Source: an uncultured Acidobacteriota bacterium
GTDB taxonomy: Bacteria; Acidobacteriota; Terriglobia; Acidiferrales; UBA7541
DNA: 64,000 nt
NCBI GenBank assembly: GCA_963709005.1
Contig: CAVPUS010000027.1
Coordinates: 160,801 to 224,800 of the forward strand
Direction: 5' to 3'
In this document: piece after piece, positions 1-8,230 of the stretch
Layout: each line of letters starts with the position of its first letter
Position numbering within the stretch: position 1 is the first letter of the stretch
Notes under the pieces: generated by a model
Told to the model about the DNA's origin: nothing
What the model saw: the letters and a program-made list of their open reading frames with translations, nothing else
Database searches by the model: none
Made by a program: the position numbers and the translations under genes

Positions 1-192
1 TCGGGCGCTCTCGCGGCCATGCTTACCAGCGTCGCCGAGTTCTACGAAGAAGATGTGAACACACGCTTGGAGCGAACTCTGATCTGGGTGCAGCCGGCGA
101 TTCTGGGTGTCATGGCCGTTGTGGTATTCTTTATTGCCGTCTCCCTCTATCTTCCACTGTTCTCTCTCCAGGTCGGAGCTGCCGGGGGGTAA
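1..192 (+). CDS. pilC: C-terminal fragment of a type IV pilus / type II secretion platform protein (PilC/GspF family); the 5' end lies outside the window
   Basis: Frame 1 reads SGALAAMLTSVAEFYEEDVNTRLERTLIWVQPAILGVMAVVVFFIAVSLYLPLFSLQVGAAGG to TAA at 190-192. This is the typical last TM helix and ending of GspF-family proteins. It sits 7 nt upstream of the pilus ATPase gene. Confidence 0.7.
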   Translation, partial: SGALAAMLTSVAEFYEEDVNTRLERTLIWVQPAILGVMAVVVFFIAVSLYLPLFSLQVGAAGG

Positions 193-199
193 GACATTT

Positions 200-1822
200 A
201 TGGCTACAACAACGAACAATCCGACGCCTCCAGGTGATGCCGCCGAACGCGACCAGGCTCGCCGTTTGGCCGAGCGCTATCGCTGCCCCTTTATCGACTT
301 GCTCGAGCAGCGCATTGACCCCGAGCTTTTCCGCAGCATCCCCGCCGAAATGATGTTCCGCTATAACTTTGTGCCGCTCGAATCGCATAACAGCACGCTT
401 GTTGTCGCCATGGCCGATCCGAGCCAGTTGCAGCTCACCGACGAGCTTTCGCTCCTGCTCGGCAAGCGCTTGCAGATCAAGGTGGCCACCGCCTCGCAGA
501 TCGGCGACCTCCTCAAGCGCACCGAGCAGTCGCAGCGCGTTCTGGATCAAGCCACCGAAGGCTTCACGCTTCAGGTGGTCAGCGAGGACGAGGACAGCGA
601 AGAAAATATCTCCATGGAGCGCCTCACGCGCGATACCGGCGTCAGTCCGGTCGTGCGTCTTGTGGACACCGTCATCTTCACCGCCCTGGAGCGCCGCGCC
701 AGTGACATTCACATCGAGACTCGCAACACCGAAGTCGTCGTGAAATACCGCATTGACGGCGTGCTTCAGTACGCCATGCAACCCCTTGCCAAGGACTGGC
801 ATGCCACGATTCTCTCCCGCATCAAAGTGATGAGCGAGCTCGACATCGCCGAGCGCCGCGTCCCCCAGGACGGCCGCTTCCGCGTCCGTTACAAAGGCCG
901 TTTTGTTGACTTTCGCGTTTCCATTATGCCTTCGGTCTACGGCGAAGACGCCGTCCTTCGCGTCCTCGACAAGGAAACGCTGAGCGAGAAATTCCGGAAT
1001 CTTACGCTCGATGTGGTTGGTTTCGACCAGGGAGATCTGGCCCGTTTCCGCCGCTACATTCATGAGCCTTACGGCATGGTTCTGGTTACCGGTCCCACCG
1101 GCTCCGGCAAGACCACCACTCTCTACGCCGCCATCAATGAAATTAAGAATGACGAAGACAAGATCATCACTATTGAAGACCCGGTCGAATACCAGGTACG
1201 GGGAATTACGCAGATTCCCGTGAACGAAAAGAAGGGCCTCACGTTTGCCCGCGGCCTCCGCTCGATTCTCCGCCACGACCCCGACAAGATCATGGTCGGC
1301 GAAATCCGCGACCAGGAAACCGCGCAGATTGCCATCAATTCCGCGCTCACCGGCCATCTCGTTTTCACCACCGTGCACGCCAATAACGTCACCGACGTGA
1401 TCGGCCGGTTCATCAACATGGGCGTTGAGCCTTACAATTTCGTTTCCGCGCTCAATTGCATCATGGCCCAGCGCCTCGTCCGCGTGATTTGCGAGCATTG
1501 CAAGAAGCGCGTTTCCTACACGCCGGATGTGCTCAAGGAAGCGGGCCTGAACCCCGCCGAATGGGCGAGCGTGCCGTTCTACGAAGGCACCGGGTGCCTC
1601 GAATGCTCCGGCAGCGGATTCCGCGGCCGGACAGCGATCACCGAACTCATTGATCTCTCTGACCGCATACGCGAGATGATCGTCAATCGCCGGCCCACTT
1701 CCGAGATCAAGCGCGCCGCCAAGGAAGAAGGAATGACCTTCCTACGCGACTCGGGCTTGGGTAAAATCCACGCGGGATTGACGACCTTGCGCGAGGTTAA
1801 CAAGGTGACTTTCGTTGAGTAG
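200..1822 (+). CDS. pilB: Type IV pilus assembly / T2SS ATPase (PilB/GspE family)
   Basis: N-terminal T2SSE_N-like region. Walker A GPTGSGKTT, Asp/His boxes and a tetracysteine motif (CEHCKK...GCLECSGSGFRGR). I chose the ATG at 200 (MATTTNN) because the ORF-track start at 107 would overlap pilC. Confidence 0.9.
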   Translation: MATTTNNPTPPGDAAERDQARRLAERYRCPFIDLLEQRIDPELFRSIPAEMMFRYNFVPLESHNSTLVVAMADPSQLQLTDELSLLLGKRLQIKVATASQIGDLLKRTEQSQRVLDQATEGFTLQVVSEDEDSEENISMERLTRDTGVSPVVRLVDTVIFTALERRASDIHIETRNTEVVVKYRIDGVLQYAMQPLAKDWHATILSRIKVMSELDIAERRVPQDGRFRVRYKGRFVDFRVSIMPSVYGEDAVLRVLDKETLSEKFRNLTLDVVGFDQGDLARFRRYIHEPYGMVLVTGPTGSGKTTTLYAAINEIKNDEDKIITIEDPVEYQVRGITQIPVNEKKGLTFARGLRSILRHDPDKIMVGEIRDQETAQIAINSALTGHLVFTTVHANNVTDVIGRFINMGVEPYNFVSALNCIMAQRLVRVICEHCKKRVSYTPDVLKEAGLNPAEWASVPFYEGTGCLECSGSGFRGRTAITELIDLSDRIREMIVNRRPTSEIKRAAKEEGMTFLRDSGLGKIHAGLTTLREVNKVTFVE

Positions 1823-2798
1823 CGCTGCCGGCAGCATCTCCAGCCAATTCTATCAGCTCGCTCCCGTGCGCCGCCTCGACGCGTGGCTCAACGCCATGCC
1901 GCATCCGTCCCTTGTGGTGGAAATAGCGGGCACGCATGTGGCTGCCGCGAGGTGGGGCGCGGCCCGCGGAATTCTTGAATCGTTTGCCGTCGAGCCTCTC
2001 CCGTTTGGCGCGATCATCCCGTCGCCGGTGGAAGTGAATATTTCGCAGCCCGATGAAGTTCGCAGTGCCCTAACCCGCGTGTTGAGCCGTGTGCCCCCGC
2101 GCGGCCAGGGGCTTGCTCTGCTGATTCCCGATCAGGTGGTGCGCGTTTTTATTCTTCCGTTTGAGACGCTTCCGCGCCGCGCCGACGACGCTTTGCCTCT
2201 CCTTCGCTGGCGGTTGAAAAAAAGCGTGCCGTTCGATGTGGCCGAGACGGTCGTCTCCTGGATGCGCCAGACGGGCAAGCATGGCGGCCTCGAAATCGTC
2301 ACCTCCGTTGCCCGGCAGCGCATCGTTCGCGAGTACGAGGAGATAGTTGCCAGCCTCGGCACCAGCGCGGCCGTCGTCCTCAGCTCCACCCTGGCCACTC
2401 TCCCTTTGCTCGAAGCGCGCGGCGCCACAGTTCTTGTCCGCATGTGCGGCAAAGCTCTCACCACGGTCATCGCGCAAGGCGCGAACCTCTGCGTGTATCG
2501 CTCCACGGATATGGCTGCTGACGCGGCCACCCTGGGGCCGCAGGCGATGCTCGACGAAATTTTTCCTGCTATCGCGTATCATCAGGATACCTGGGGAGGA
2601 ACGATCGAGCGCGTGCGCGTCTCGGGTTTCGGCGCGCGCGAGGATGTTTTCAGCCAGGCCTTGTCCGGAGAGCTGAAGTGCCCGGTCGCTCCGCTCGCCG
2701 AATCCGAGGATGCCCGCGCGTTCGATTCGCGCGCGAAAGGCTTGATGCGCCAGGGTCTTGACGCACTGGTTGGCTGGACGCTGAACGGAGGTTCCTGA
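1815..2798 (+). CDS. pilM: PilM-like pilus assembly protein (actin-like ATPase fold)
   Basis: Position directly after pilB and before pilN/pilO-like genes; size about 300-327 aa; an SLVVEIAGTHVAAARW segment resembles the PilM N-terminal strand. The start is uncertain: TTG at 1815 or ATG at 1896. Confidence 0.65.
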   Translation: MSSAAGSISSQFYQLAPVRRLDAWLNAMPHPSLVVEIAGTHVAAARWGAARGILESFAVEPLPFGAIIPSPVEVNISQPDEVRSALTRVLSRVPPRGQGLALLIPDQVVRVFILPFETLPRRADDALPLLRWRLKKSVPFDVAETVVSWMRQTGKHGGLEIVTSVARQRIVREYEEIVASLGTSAAVVLSSTLATLPLLEARGATVLVRMCGKALTTVIAQGANLCVYRSTDMAADAATLGPQAMLDEIFPAIAYHQDTWGGTIERVRVSGFGAREDVFSQALSGELKCPVAPLAESEDARAFDSRAKGLMRQGLDALVGWTLNGGS

Positions 2799-2825
2799 AA
2801 GCCCGGCCGCCGGACAAACTGACTT

Positions 2826-3398
2826 ATGAAGATTCAGCTCAATCTTTCGACCTCGCCGCGGGAAAACAAGCGGCCCTTTCTCGCCGGCTCTTTGCTGGTG
2901 GGCGTGCTCGGAACGCTGATGGCTCTTTTCCTTTCCCACGCCGCATACAGTTCCTGGCGCTTGAATCGCGACCTCCGTGCCGATATTTCGCGCCTGGAAA
3001 ATCAGATCCGCGAGAGCCGCCAGGAGCAGATCACTCTGGAATCGAATTTCCGCACGCCGCAAGCGCAACAAGTGCTCGACCGTGCCTCCTTCTTGAATTC
3101 CCTGATTGGCGCCCGCAGCTTTCCTTGGACCAAGATTTTCAGTGATCTCGAGCCCATTTTGCCCGCGGGCGTCCGCGTGGTCAGCATTTCGCCAAAGCTG
3201 GACAAGGGCCGCGCCCAGGTATCGCTTACCATTGGCGCCGCCTCGGACGAGGGGAAGATCAAATTCCTGGAAGCGCTCGAGCGCTCGAAGATGTTTTCCG
3301 ATATCCAGGTACAGCAGGAACACCACGTGGACGACGCGGGAGCGGCGGCAGTCGATAAGGTCGTGATCGAACTGACCGCGTGGTACGAGACGATTTGA
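2826..3398 (+). CDS. pilN: PilN-like bitopic pilus assembly protein
   Basis: 190 aa with a short cytoplasmic N-terminus, one TM helix (FLAGSLLVGVLGTLMALFL), then a coiled coil (RLNRDLRADISRLENQIRE). Canonical pilM-N-O order. Confidence 0.7.
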   Translation: MKIQLNLSTSPRENKRPFLAGSLLVGVLGTLMALFLSHAAYSSWRLNRDLRADISRLENQIRESRQEQITLESNFRTPQAQQVLDRASFLNSLIGARSFPWTKIFSDLEPILPAGVRVVSISPKLDKGRAQVSLTIGAASDEGKIKFLEALERSKMFSDIQVQQEHHVDDAGAAAVDKVVIELTAWYETI

Positions 3399-3946
3399 TG
3401 GAAAAGATTCCCTGGCGAATATGGAAGATCCTGATCGGCGTCGCGCTGGCCTTGCTGCTGGCCCTCGACATCGGCTTGGCCTTCATCCTGTGGCAAGGGT
3501 CGCGCCAAGGCGAGCAATCTTTGCGCGCCCAGCGCGATCAACTGCAGACGCAGGAGAAACTCCTGCAAGCGGACGTACAGCGCGGCCGGAAGATCCGCGC
3601 TTCGCTGCCGCAGGTGGGGAAGGATTGCGACGCCTTCTATCACGAGAATTTTCTCAGTCCGGAAACGGCATATTCGTCCGTCGAATCCGATCTCGATGCC
3701 ATCGCCAAAAAGGCTGGATTGCGGACCTCCGGAATCAGTTTCAAACGAACGGCCCTGAAGGATCATGGCGTCACGGAGATTTCCATGACCGCTTCGGTGG
3801 AGGGCAGCTATTCGTCCATCATCCAATTCATCAACGGACTCGAGCAGTCGAAGAACTTTTATCTCTTGAATGACTTGCGTCTTGATTCTGGCACCATGGG
3901 CGCCATTCGCCTGAAGCTCGAATTGCTTACGTATTCTCGAACTTAG
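3398..3946 (+). CDS. pilO: PilO-like bitopic pilus assembly protein
   Basis: The ATG overlaps the pilN stop (TGATG). One TM helix, a coiled coil (QSLRAQRDQLQTQEKLLQADV), and a C-terminal ferredoxin-like part ending GLEQSKNFYLLNDLRLD. Confidence 0.65.
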   Translation: MEKIPWRIWKILIGVALALLLALDIGLAFILWQGSRQGEQSLRAQRDQLQTQEKLLQADVQRGRKIRASLPQVGKDCDAFYHENFLSPETAYSSVESDLDAIAKKAGLRTSGISFKRTALKDHGVTEISMTASVEGSYSSIIQFINGLEQSKNFYLLNDLRLDSGTMGAIRLKLELLTYSRT

Positions 3947-3955
3947 AAACCGGAA

Positions 3956-4525
3956 ATGTCGCGACACACGAAAATCTACGTTTTGGTGGCGCTCGTGGCG
4001 CTGCTCGTTGCCGTGTATTTCATCAATCGCAACGACGTCCCGGGAGTCTCGGCCGTTGTCGGCGCGGATGCGAAATTTACTCCCTTGAGTGTGCAGGAGC
4101 CCCAGCTTCGTCTGGACCTGCTCGAAAAAATCAGAAAGCTTGAATACGCCGGTACGCACCGGAATATCTTCAGCGCCGTGGCTCTTCCGCCGGCGCCCAC
4201 GCCGGCCGAAATTGCCAGAGAAAGACACAACCGGCTGATAGGGCCACCGCTCCCTCCTCCGCCTCCCCCTGTCCAGGTGCCCGGTCAATTCTTTGGATAT
4301 GCGTCGTCTAAAACGGGGCGCAGCGTCGCCTTTTTTACAAGTGGGGATGACGTGCTCGTCGTCGCCGAGGGCGATACGTTCCTGAACAATTTCCGTCTGG
4401 TGCACATTGGGTTTGATTCCGCCGACGTCGAAGAGATTTCCAGCGGCCGCCACGCGCATGTGCTGATGGTCCAGCCTCCGGCGTCAGCGGGGGGCGCGGA
4501 TCCAGGAGCGCCGCCACCACAATGA
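3956..4525 (+). CDS. Membrane-anchored, proline-rich PilP/GspC-HR-like protein
   Basis: N-terminal TM helix (IYVLVALVALLVAVYFI), a Pro-rich linker (PPLPPPPPPVQVP) and a C-terminal beta-rich segment (SVAFFTSGDDVLVVAEGDTFLNNFRLVHIGFDSADVEEI). It occupies the slot normally taken by pilP. The assignment rests on position and architecture only. Confidence 0.45.
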   Translation: MSRHTKIYVLVALVALLVAVYFINRNDVPGVSAVVGADAKFTPLSVQEPQLRLDLLEKIRKLEYAGTHRNIFSAVALPPAPTPAEIARERHNRLIGPPLPPPPPPVQVPGQFFGYASSKTGRSVAFFTSGDDVLVVAEGDTFLNNFRLVHIGFDSADVEEISSGRHAHVLMVQPPASAGGADPGAPPPQ

Positions 4526-5565
4526 ACGCTCGTATGAAATTCGGTTCTGGCTCCAGGCAACGCATCACGCGCGAGGCGGGCTTCGCCTATTTGATGGCCT
4601 TGTTCGCCGTGCTTTTGATGGCGGCTGCATCGCTGGTCGTTCTGACCAACCTGCAGTCGCAGGGGCGCCGCCAGAAGGAAGCGGAAACAATCTGGCGTGG
4701 CGAGCAATACGAGCGCGCCATTAAGAGCTTCTTCCGCAAGACCGGACACTACCCGCGCGACGTGGACGAACTGCAGAAGGGCTTGCCCAGCATCCATTTC
4801 CTCCGATACGCCGCCTACAAAGACCCCATGAACAAACAGGACGGAGCGTGGCGCTTCATCTACCTCAACGCTGCTGGGCAAATCATCGGCAGCGTGAAAT
4901 ACGCGTCGCTTCAGCAGATGGCGCTGCTCGATCAACCGGGCGGTCTGCAACTCGCGACTCAAATCCCGGGGCAGCCCGGAGTTCCCGTGTCTAGCCTCAC
5001 CACCAGCGGCAGCAATGGTTCCGACGCGCAGCAAGGCCAGAATCCGCCCTCCGCTCCGGATGGAGGCGCCCAGAATCAGCAGAACACGCCGCAAACTGGC
5101 CAGGGGCCGCAGCAGCCAGGGCCAGGGCAACCCACTACCACTTTCGGCCAGCCAAGCAATTCCGGAGTGGCGCTCGGAGGAGCACAGAGCGCTGCCGTGC
5201 TTCTCGCCTTGAAGCCGACCGGTCCCGTGGATGGCCCTGTCATTGGTGGATTCCTCACCGGAGTCGCCAGCAAAGTGGACAAGAAGTCCGTCAAGATTTA
5301 CAAGAACGGGAAAAAGTACAACCAATGGGAGTTCATCTGGAACCCCCTCGAAGAGCAATTGCAAGCGACGCAGCAAGTCCTAAGCGGACAAGGCAGCGCG
5401 ACTTCGACGGGGATCGGACAGGCAATCGGCTCGGCGTTCGGGAGCGCTTTCGGCAATCAACCCCAGCCCGGCGGACCGGGCGGTCCCACTTCGCCGCAAC
5501 CGCAACCTCAGCCGATGCCACAGCCTCAACCCCCGCAGATGCCCATCGGTGGCCCGCCACAGTAG
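4522..5565 (+). CDS. Atypical pseudopilin-like protein (GspG-like core) with a long Q/P/G-rich tail
   Basis: Class III-like leader ...RITREAG/FAYLMALFAVLLMAAASLVVL, with Met rather than Glu at +5. A GspG-like segment follows (WRGEQYERAIKSFFRKTGHYPRDVDELQKG). About 200 aa of low-complexity Gln/Pro/Gly then end in PQPQPQPMPQPQPPQMP. The ATG overlaps the upstream stop (ATGA). Confidence 0.55.
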   Translation: MNARMKFGSGSRQRITREAGFAYLMALFAVLLMAAASLVVLTNLQSQGRRQKEAETIWRGEQYERAIKSFFRKTGHYPRDVDELQKGLPSIHFLRYAAYKDPMNKQDGAWRFIYLNAAGQIIGSVKYASLQQMALLDQPGGLQLATQIPGQPGVPVSSLTTSGSNGSDAQQGQNPPSAPDGGAQNQQNTPQTGQGPQQPGPGQPTTTFGQPSNSGVALGGAQSAAVLLALKPTGPVDGPVIGGFLTGVASKVDKKSVKIYKNGKKYNQWEFIWNPLEEQLQATQQVLSGQGSATSTGIGQAIGSAFGSAFGNQPQPGGPGGPTSPQPQPQPMPQPQPPQMPIGGPPQ

Positions 5566-5648
5566 TAGACGCCGTCGCCGCCCGGCACAGCAAGAATCCC
5601 CCCGAGATTTCAAAGTCTGATTTTCAAATTGATTTACAGAAAAAACGT

Positions 5649-6302
5649 TCAGTTTTGCTGGAGAGGTTTTTCCTGCTGCGCGAGGAGCGCGGTGATTTTG
5701 CTCACGTAATTCCGGGTTTCGGGGAACGGCGGAATGCCGCCATAGCGCTCGACCATTTCGGGGCCGGCGTTGTAGGCAGCGAGAGCGAACCGCAGATTGC
5801 CCTTGTAACGTTCGAGGAGTTCCTTGAGGTAGCGCGTGCCTGCGTCTATGTTCTGCGCGGGATCGAAAAGGTTCGCGACGGAAAAGCGCGCCGCGGTCTT
5901 CGGCAAGAGCTGCATCAATCCCTGCGCCTGCTTGCGCGAAACCGCGCGCGGATTGAAATTCGATTCGACAGCAATTACGTGCGTGATGAGTTTTTCTTCC
6001 ACGCCGTGCTTTTGGGCCGCCGCGCGAATCAGCTCGGCGAAAGGACCCACGGCGGGCGGCGCGGGGAGATTCGCCGGGAAGGAATCCTCGGGCTCAATGG
6101 CGACGAGATCCGCGGCAGCGACATCCAGAACGCCGCCGGTGACGCTGAGCCGCACGCGGCCGCCTGCGACTTCGTATCCGGTGATGTGCAGCCGCGTGCC
6201 TGATTTCAGCACAGCGTAATCGGCGCGCGCCGCCGGAGCTTCAAACAGAAAAAGTGCCGCAGCGGCGAAAAGCAGGCGGGCGAGAATGGGGCTGGGCTTC
6301 AT
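5649..6302 (-). CDS. Secreted lytic transglycosylase (SLT domain)
   Basis: AVESNFNPRAVSRKQAQGLMQLLPKTA ... AYNAGPEMV motifs and a signal peptide MKPSPILARLLFAAAALFLFEAPAARA. An alternative GTG start at 6341 would overlap the upstream stop. Confidence 0.85.
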   Translation of the reverse strand: MKPSPILARLLFAAAALFLFEAPAARADYAVLKSGTRLHITGYEVAGGRVRLSVTGGVLDVAAADLVAIEPEDSFPANLPAPPAVGPFAELIRAAAQKHGVEEKLITHVIAVESNFNPRAVSRKQAQGLMQLLPKTAARFSVANLFDPAQNIDAGTRYLKELLERYKGNLRFALAAYNAGPEMVERYGGIPPFPETRNYVSKITALLAQQEKPLQQN

Positions 6303-6337
6303 CGCGCGAATTGGAATTGTACCACGCGGACGGGCGT

Positions 6338-7270
6338 TCACGGTTTCGTCCCCAGCGCGTATTTCCGGATCGCGGCGGCGACGCCGGCATCGTCATTCGA
6401 AAGCGTCGTTGCGTAGCCGAGTGTCTTCAGTTCGGCAATGCTATTGGCCATGACCACCGGAAGCCCGGCGAAGGCGAGCATTTCGCGGTCGTTCCAGTTG
6501 TCGCCGATGGCCATCACGTCCTGGGGAGCGATACCGCGATGCCGCGCCCACTCCGCGAGCGCCACTCCCTTGGTGACGCCGGGACGCAGCACGTCGAGCA
6601 TGGAAAAGTTTCTGCTTTCATATTCGGTCAGCGCGAGCGCGAATTCATGCGCGGAGGGAAGCGCTTCGAGAACGCCCATGACGCGCCGGATTTCATCGCA
6701 CTTGGCCAGGAAGAGAATCTCGACGGGGTCCTCGCCATCGAGGCAGTCGGCGAGCGGCGCAATTTCCGCCACCTGGTCGCGATGGCGGCGCAGGTAGGCG
6801 CCGACAAACGGCGTGTCCCAGTCCACGTGCTCGAAGATCAATTGGCGCGCGTGCGGGCGGTCGAAAATCACTCCGGTGCAGAAGCGAAATTCCGGCGTTG
6901 CTTCGAGCACTTTGCGCGCGGCGGCGGCCGGCAGAAGATGCCGCTGGTGAGTGGTGCCGTCCTTCGATTTGATCAGCGCGCCGTTGCTGGAAATGAAATG
7001 GGCGTCACATGCAAGGCCCGCGGCGGCGGCGCGCGCGGAATCAAACCGACGGCCAGTGACGATCACGATTTCGAGGCCCTGCGCGGCCGCCTCTTCGATT
7101 GCGTCGGCATTTTCGCGCGGCAATTGCGAGGCGCTGTCGAGCAGCGTTCCGTCGAGGTCCATGGCGATGAGCTTGATTGGCACGCCAGCATTGTAATGCG
7201 AGTCTGGACGCTGGAGGCCAGAAGCGGCAAAGGAGTGACGAGTGATTGGTGGCCGCTGGTAAGTGCTCAA
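6338..7270 (-). CDS. Cof-type HAD-IIB family phosphatase
   Basis: The DxD motif IAMDLDGTLL, the C-terminal GDNWNDREML motif and a cap region typical of the Cof subfamily. Confidence 0.85.
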   Translation of the reverse strand: MSTYQRPPITRHSFAASGLQRPDSHYNAGVPIKLIAMDLDGTLLDSASQLPRENADAIEEAAAQGLEIVIVTGRRFDSARAAAAGLACDAHFISSNGALIKSKDGTTHQRHLLPAAAARKVLEATPEFRFCTGVIFDRPHARQLIFEHVDWDTPFVGAYLRRHRDQVAEIAPLADCLDGEDPVEILFLAKCDEIRRVMGVLEALPSAHEFALALTEYESRNFSMLDVLRPGVTKGVALAEWARHRGIAPQDVMAIGDNWNDREMLAFAGLPVVMANSIAELKTLGYATTLSNDDAGVAAAIRKYALGTKP

Positions 7271-7374
7271 GTGCCCTAGATGACGGGCGCGGAGGGGCGA
7301 GATGGGTGTAAACTCGCAAAGATTCTTGAAGTCAAAAGGGAGATTCCCGGCCCAATTCTCAAAAGGAGAGATAC

Positions 7375-7974
7375 ATGCGGATGAAACTGGTTGTCAGCGC
7401 GGGGGCCCTGGCTTTGGTTTTGGGGATGACCGCTCCTGCTTACGCACAGGGCGAGCAGCACGAAAGGGAGCAAGCCAAACCGCAGGAACATCACCAGCAG
7501 GCGAGTAGGCCTGCGGCGCGACCGCAACAAGCCTACGGCGGCGTCTATCACGGCGGGGTGCGGGCGGACGACGCCACCCACGGCGGCGTCCACCATAGTG
7601 GCGTTCCACAGCACGATGGGCAAGTGCGCAGCGGTTTCACGCAGTCGCGTGCAAGATCGTGGGATGGCGACCACCGAACGTGGGCACAGCGCGGCGGCTA
7701 CAACGGCTACCGGATCCCAGACGAACGCTTCAGGCAGTACTTCGGACGTGACCACTACTTCCGCATCCATCGGCTTCCGCTGGTCTTCGTGGGCGGGTAT
7801 CCGCGCTTCCAGTACGATGGGTATTGGGTGACGTTCGTCGATCCGTGGCCGGAAGGGTGGCCGGAGAACTGGTACGAAAACGACGACGTGTACCTCGATT
7901 ACAACGGCGACGGGTATTACTTGTATGACCGCAATCACCCCGGCGTCGGAGTCGCGGTCACTGTCTCGTTCTAG
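7375..7974 (+). CDS. Secreted His/Gly/Tyr/Trp-rich protein of unknown function
   Basis: Good SD (AAGGAGAG) 7 nt upstream. Signal peptide MRMKLVVSAGALALVLGMTAPAYAQ. Repeated HGGV motifs and an aromatic-rich C-terminus (PWPEGWPENWYENDDVYLDYNGDGYYLYD). The 263-aa antisense ORF has no such signals. Confidence 0.6.
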   Translation: MRMKLVVSAGALALVLGMTAPAYAQGEQHEREQAKPQEHHQQASRPAARPQQAYGGVYHGGVRADDATHGGVHHSGVPQHDGQVRSGFTQSRARSWDGDHRTWAQRGGYNGYRIPDERFRQYFGRDHYFRIHRLPLVFVGGYPRFQYDGYWVTFVDPWPEGWPENWYENDDVYLDYNGDGYYLYDRNHPGVGVAVTVSF

Positions 7975-8230
7975 CGAGGCGGAAGCGACGCAAGAAAATC
8001 GTTGTCCTTGTCGCGCGCCCGGAGAAGAGCAACAGCAGATCTCTGCCTGCCGGCAGGCGGGCCTCATCCCGCAGGATCATTCGGGACGCGGGCGGGGAAT
8101 GCAAACGCAACAGCAGGTCCCTCGTCGGCCGAGAATCGGCCTCGCTCGGGATGACACAGAGGGGGGGCCGGGCGCGCGGCGGCGCGAAAGAGTAGGGCAG
8201 AGGCGCGCGGTCGTATAGAATGCGCGGGCC

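Noticed and set aside
131-1498. A 455-aa ORF antisense to pilB. Similar long antisense ORFs lie at 2070-3326, 3002-4459 and 4285-5376 across the pil genes.
   Set aside because: The translations are Arg/Ala/Gly-rich with no recognisable motifs. They lie opposite genes with strong family signatures and cross gene boundaries. This is the typical stop-codon-poor antisense frame of high-GC DNA.
8045-8058. A perfect 14-nt palindrome, GCCTGCCGGCAGGC, downstream of the secreted His/Gly-rich protein gene.
   Set aside because: It has no loop and no T-tract, and it is a single occurrence. Short GC palindromes are expected by chance in high-GC DNA, so there is not enough to call a terminator or an operator.
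7276-8067. A 263-aa minus-strand ORF overlapping the 7375-7974 gene.
   Set aside because: The plus-strand ORF has a strong SD and a signal peptide. The minus-strand translation is low-complexity and has neither.
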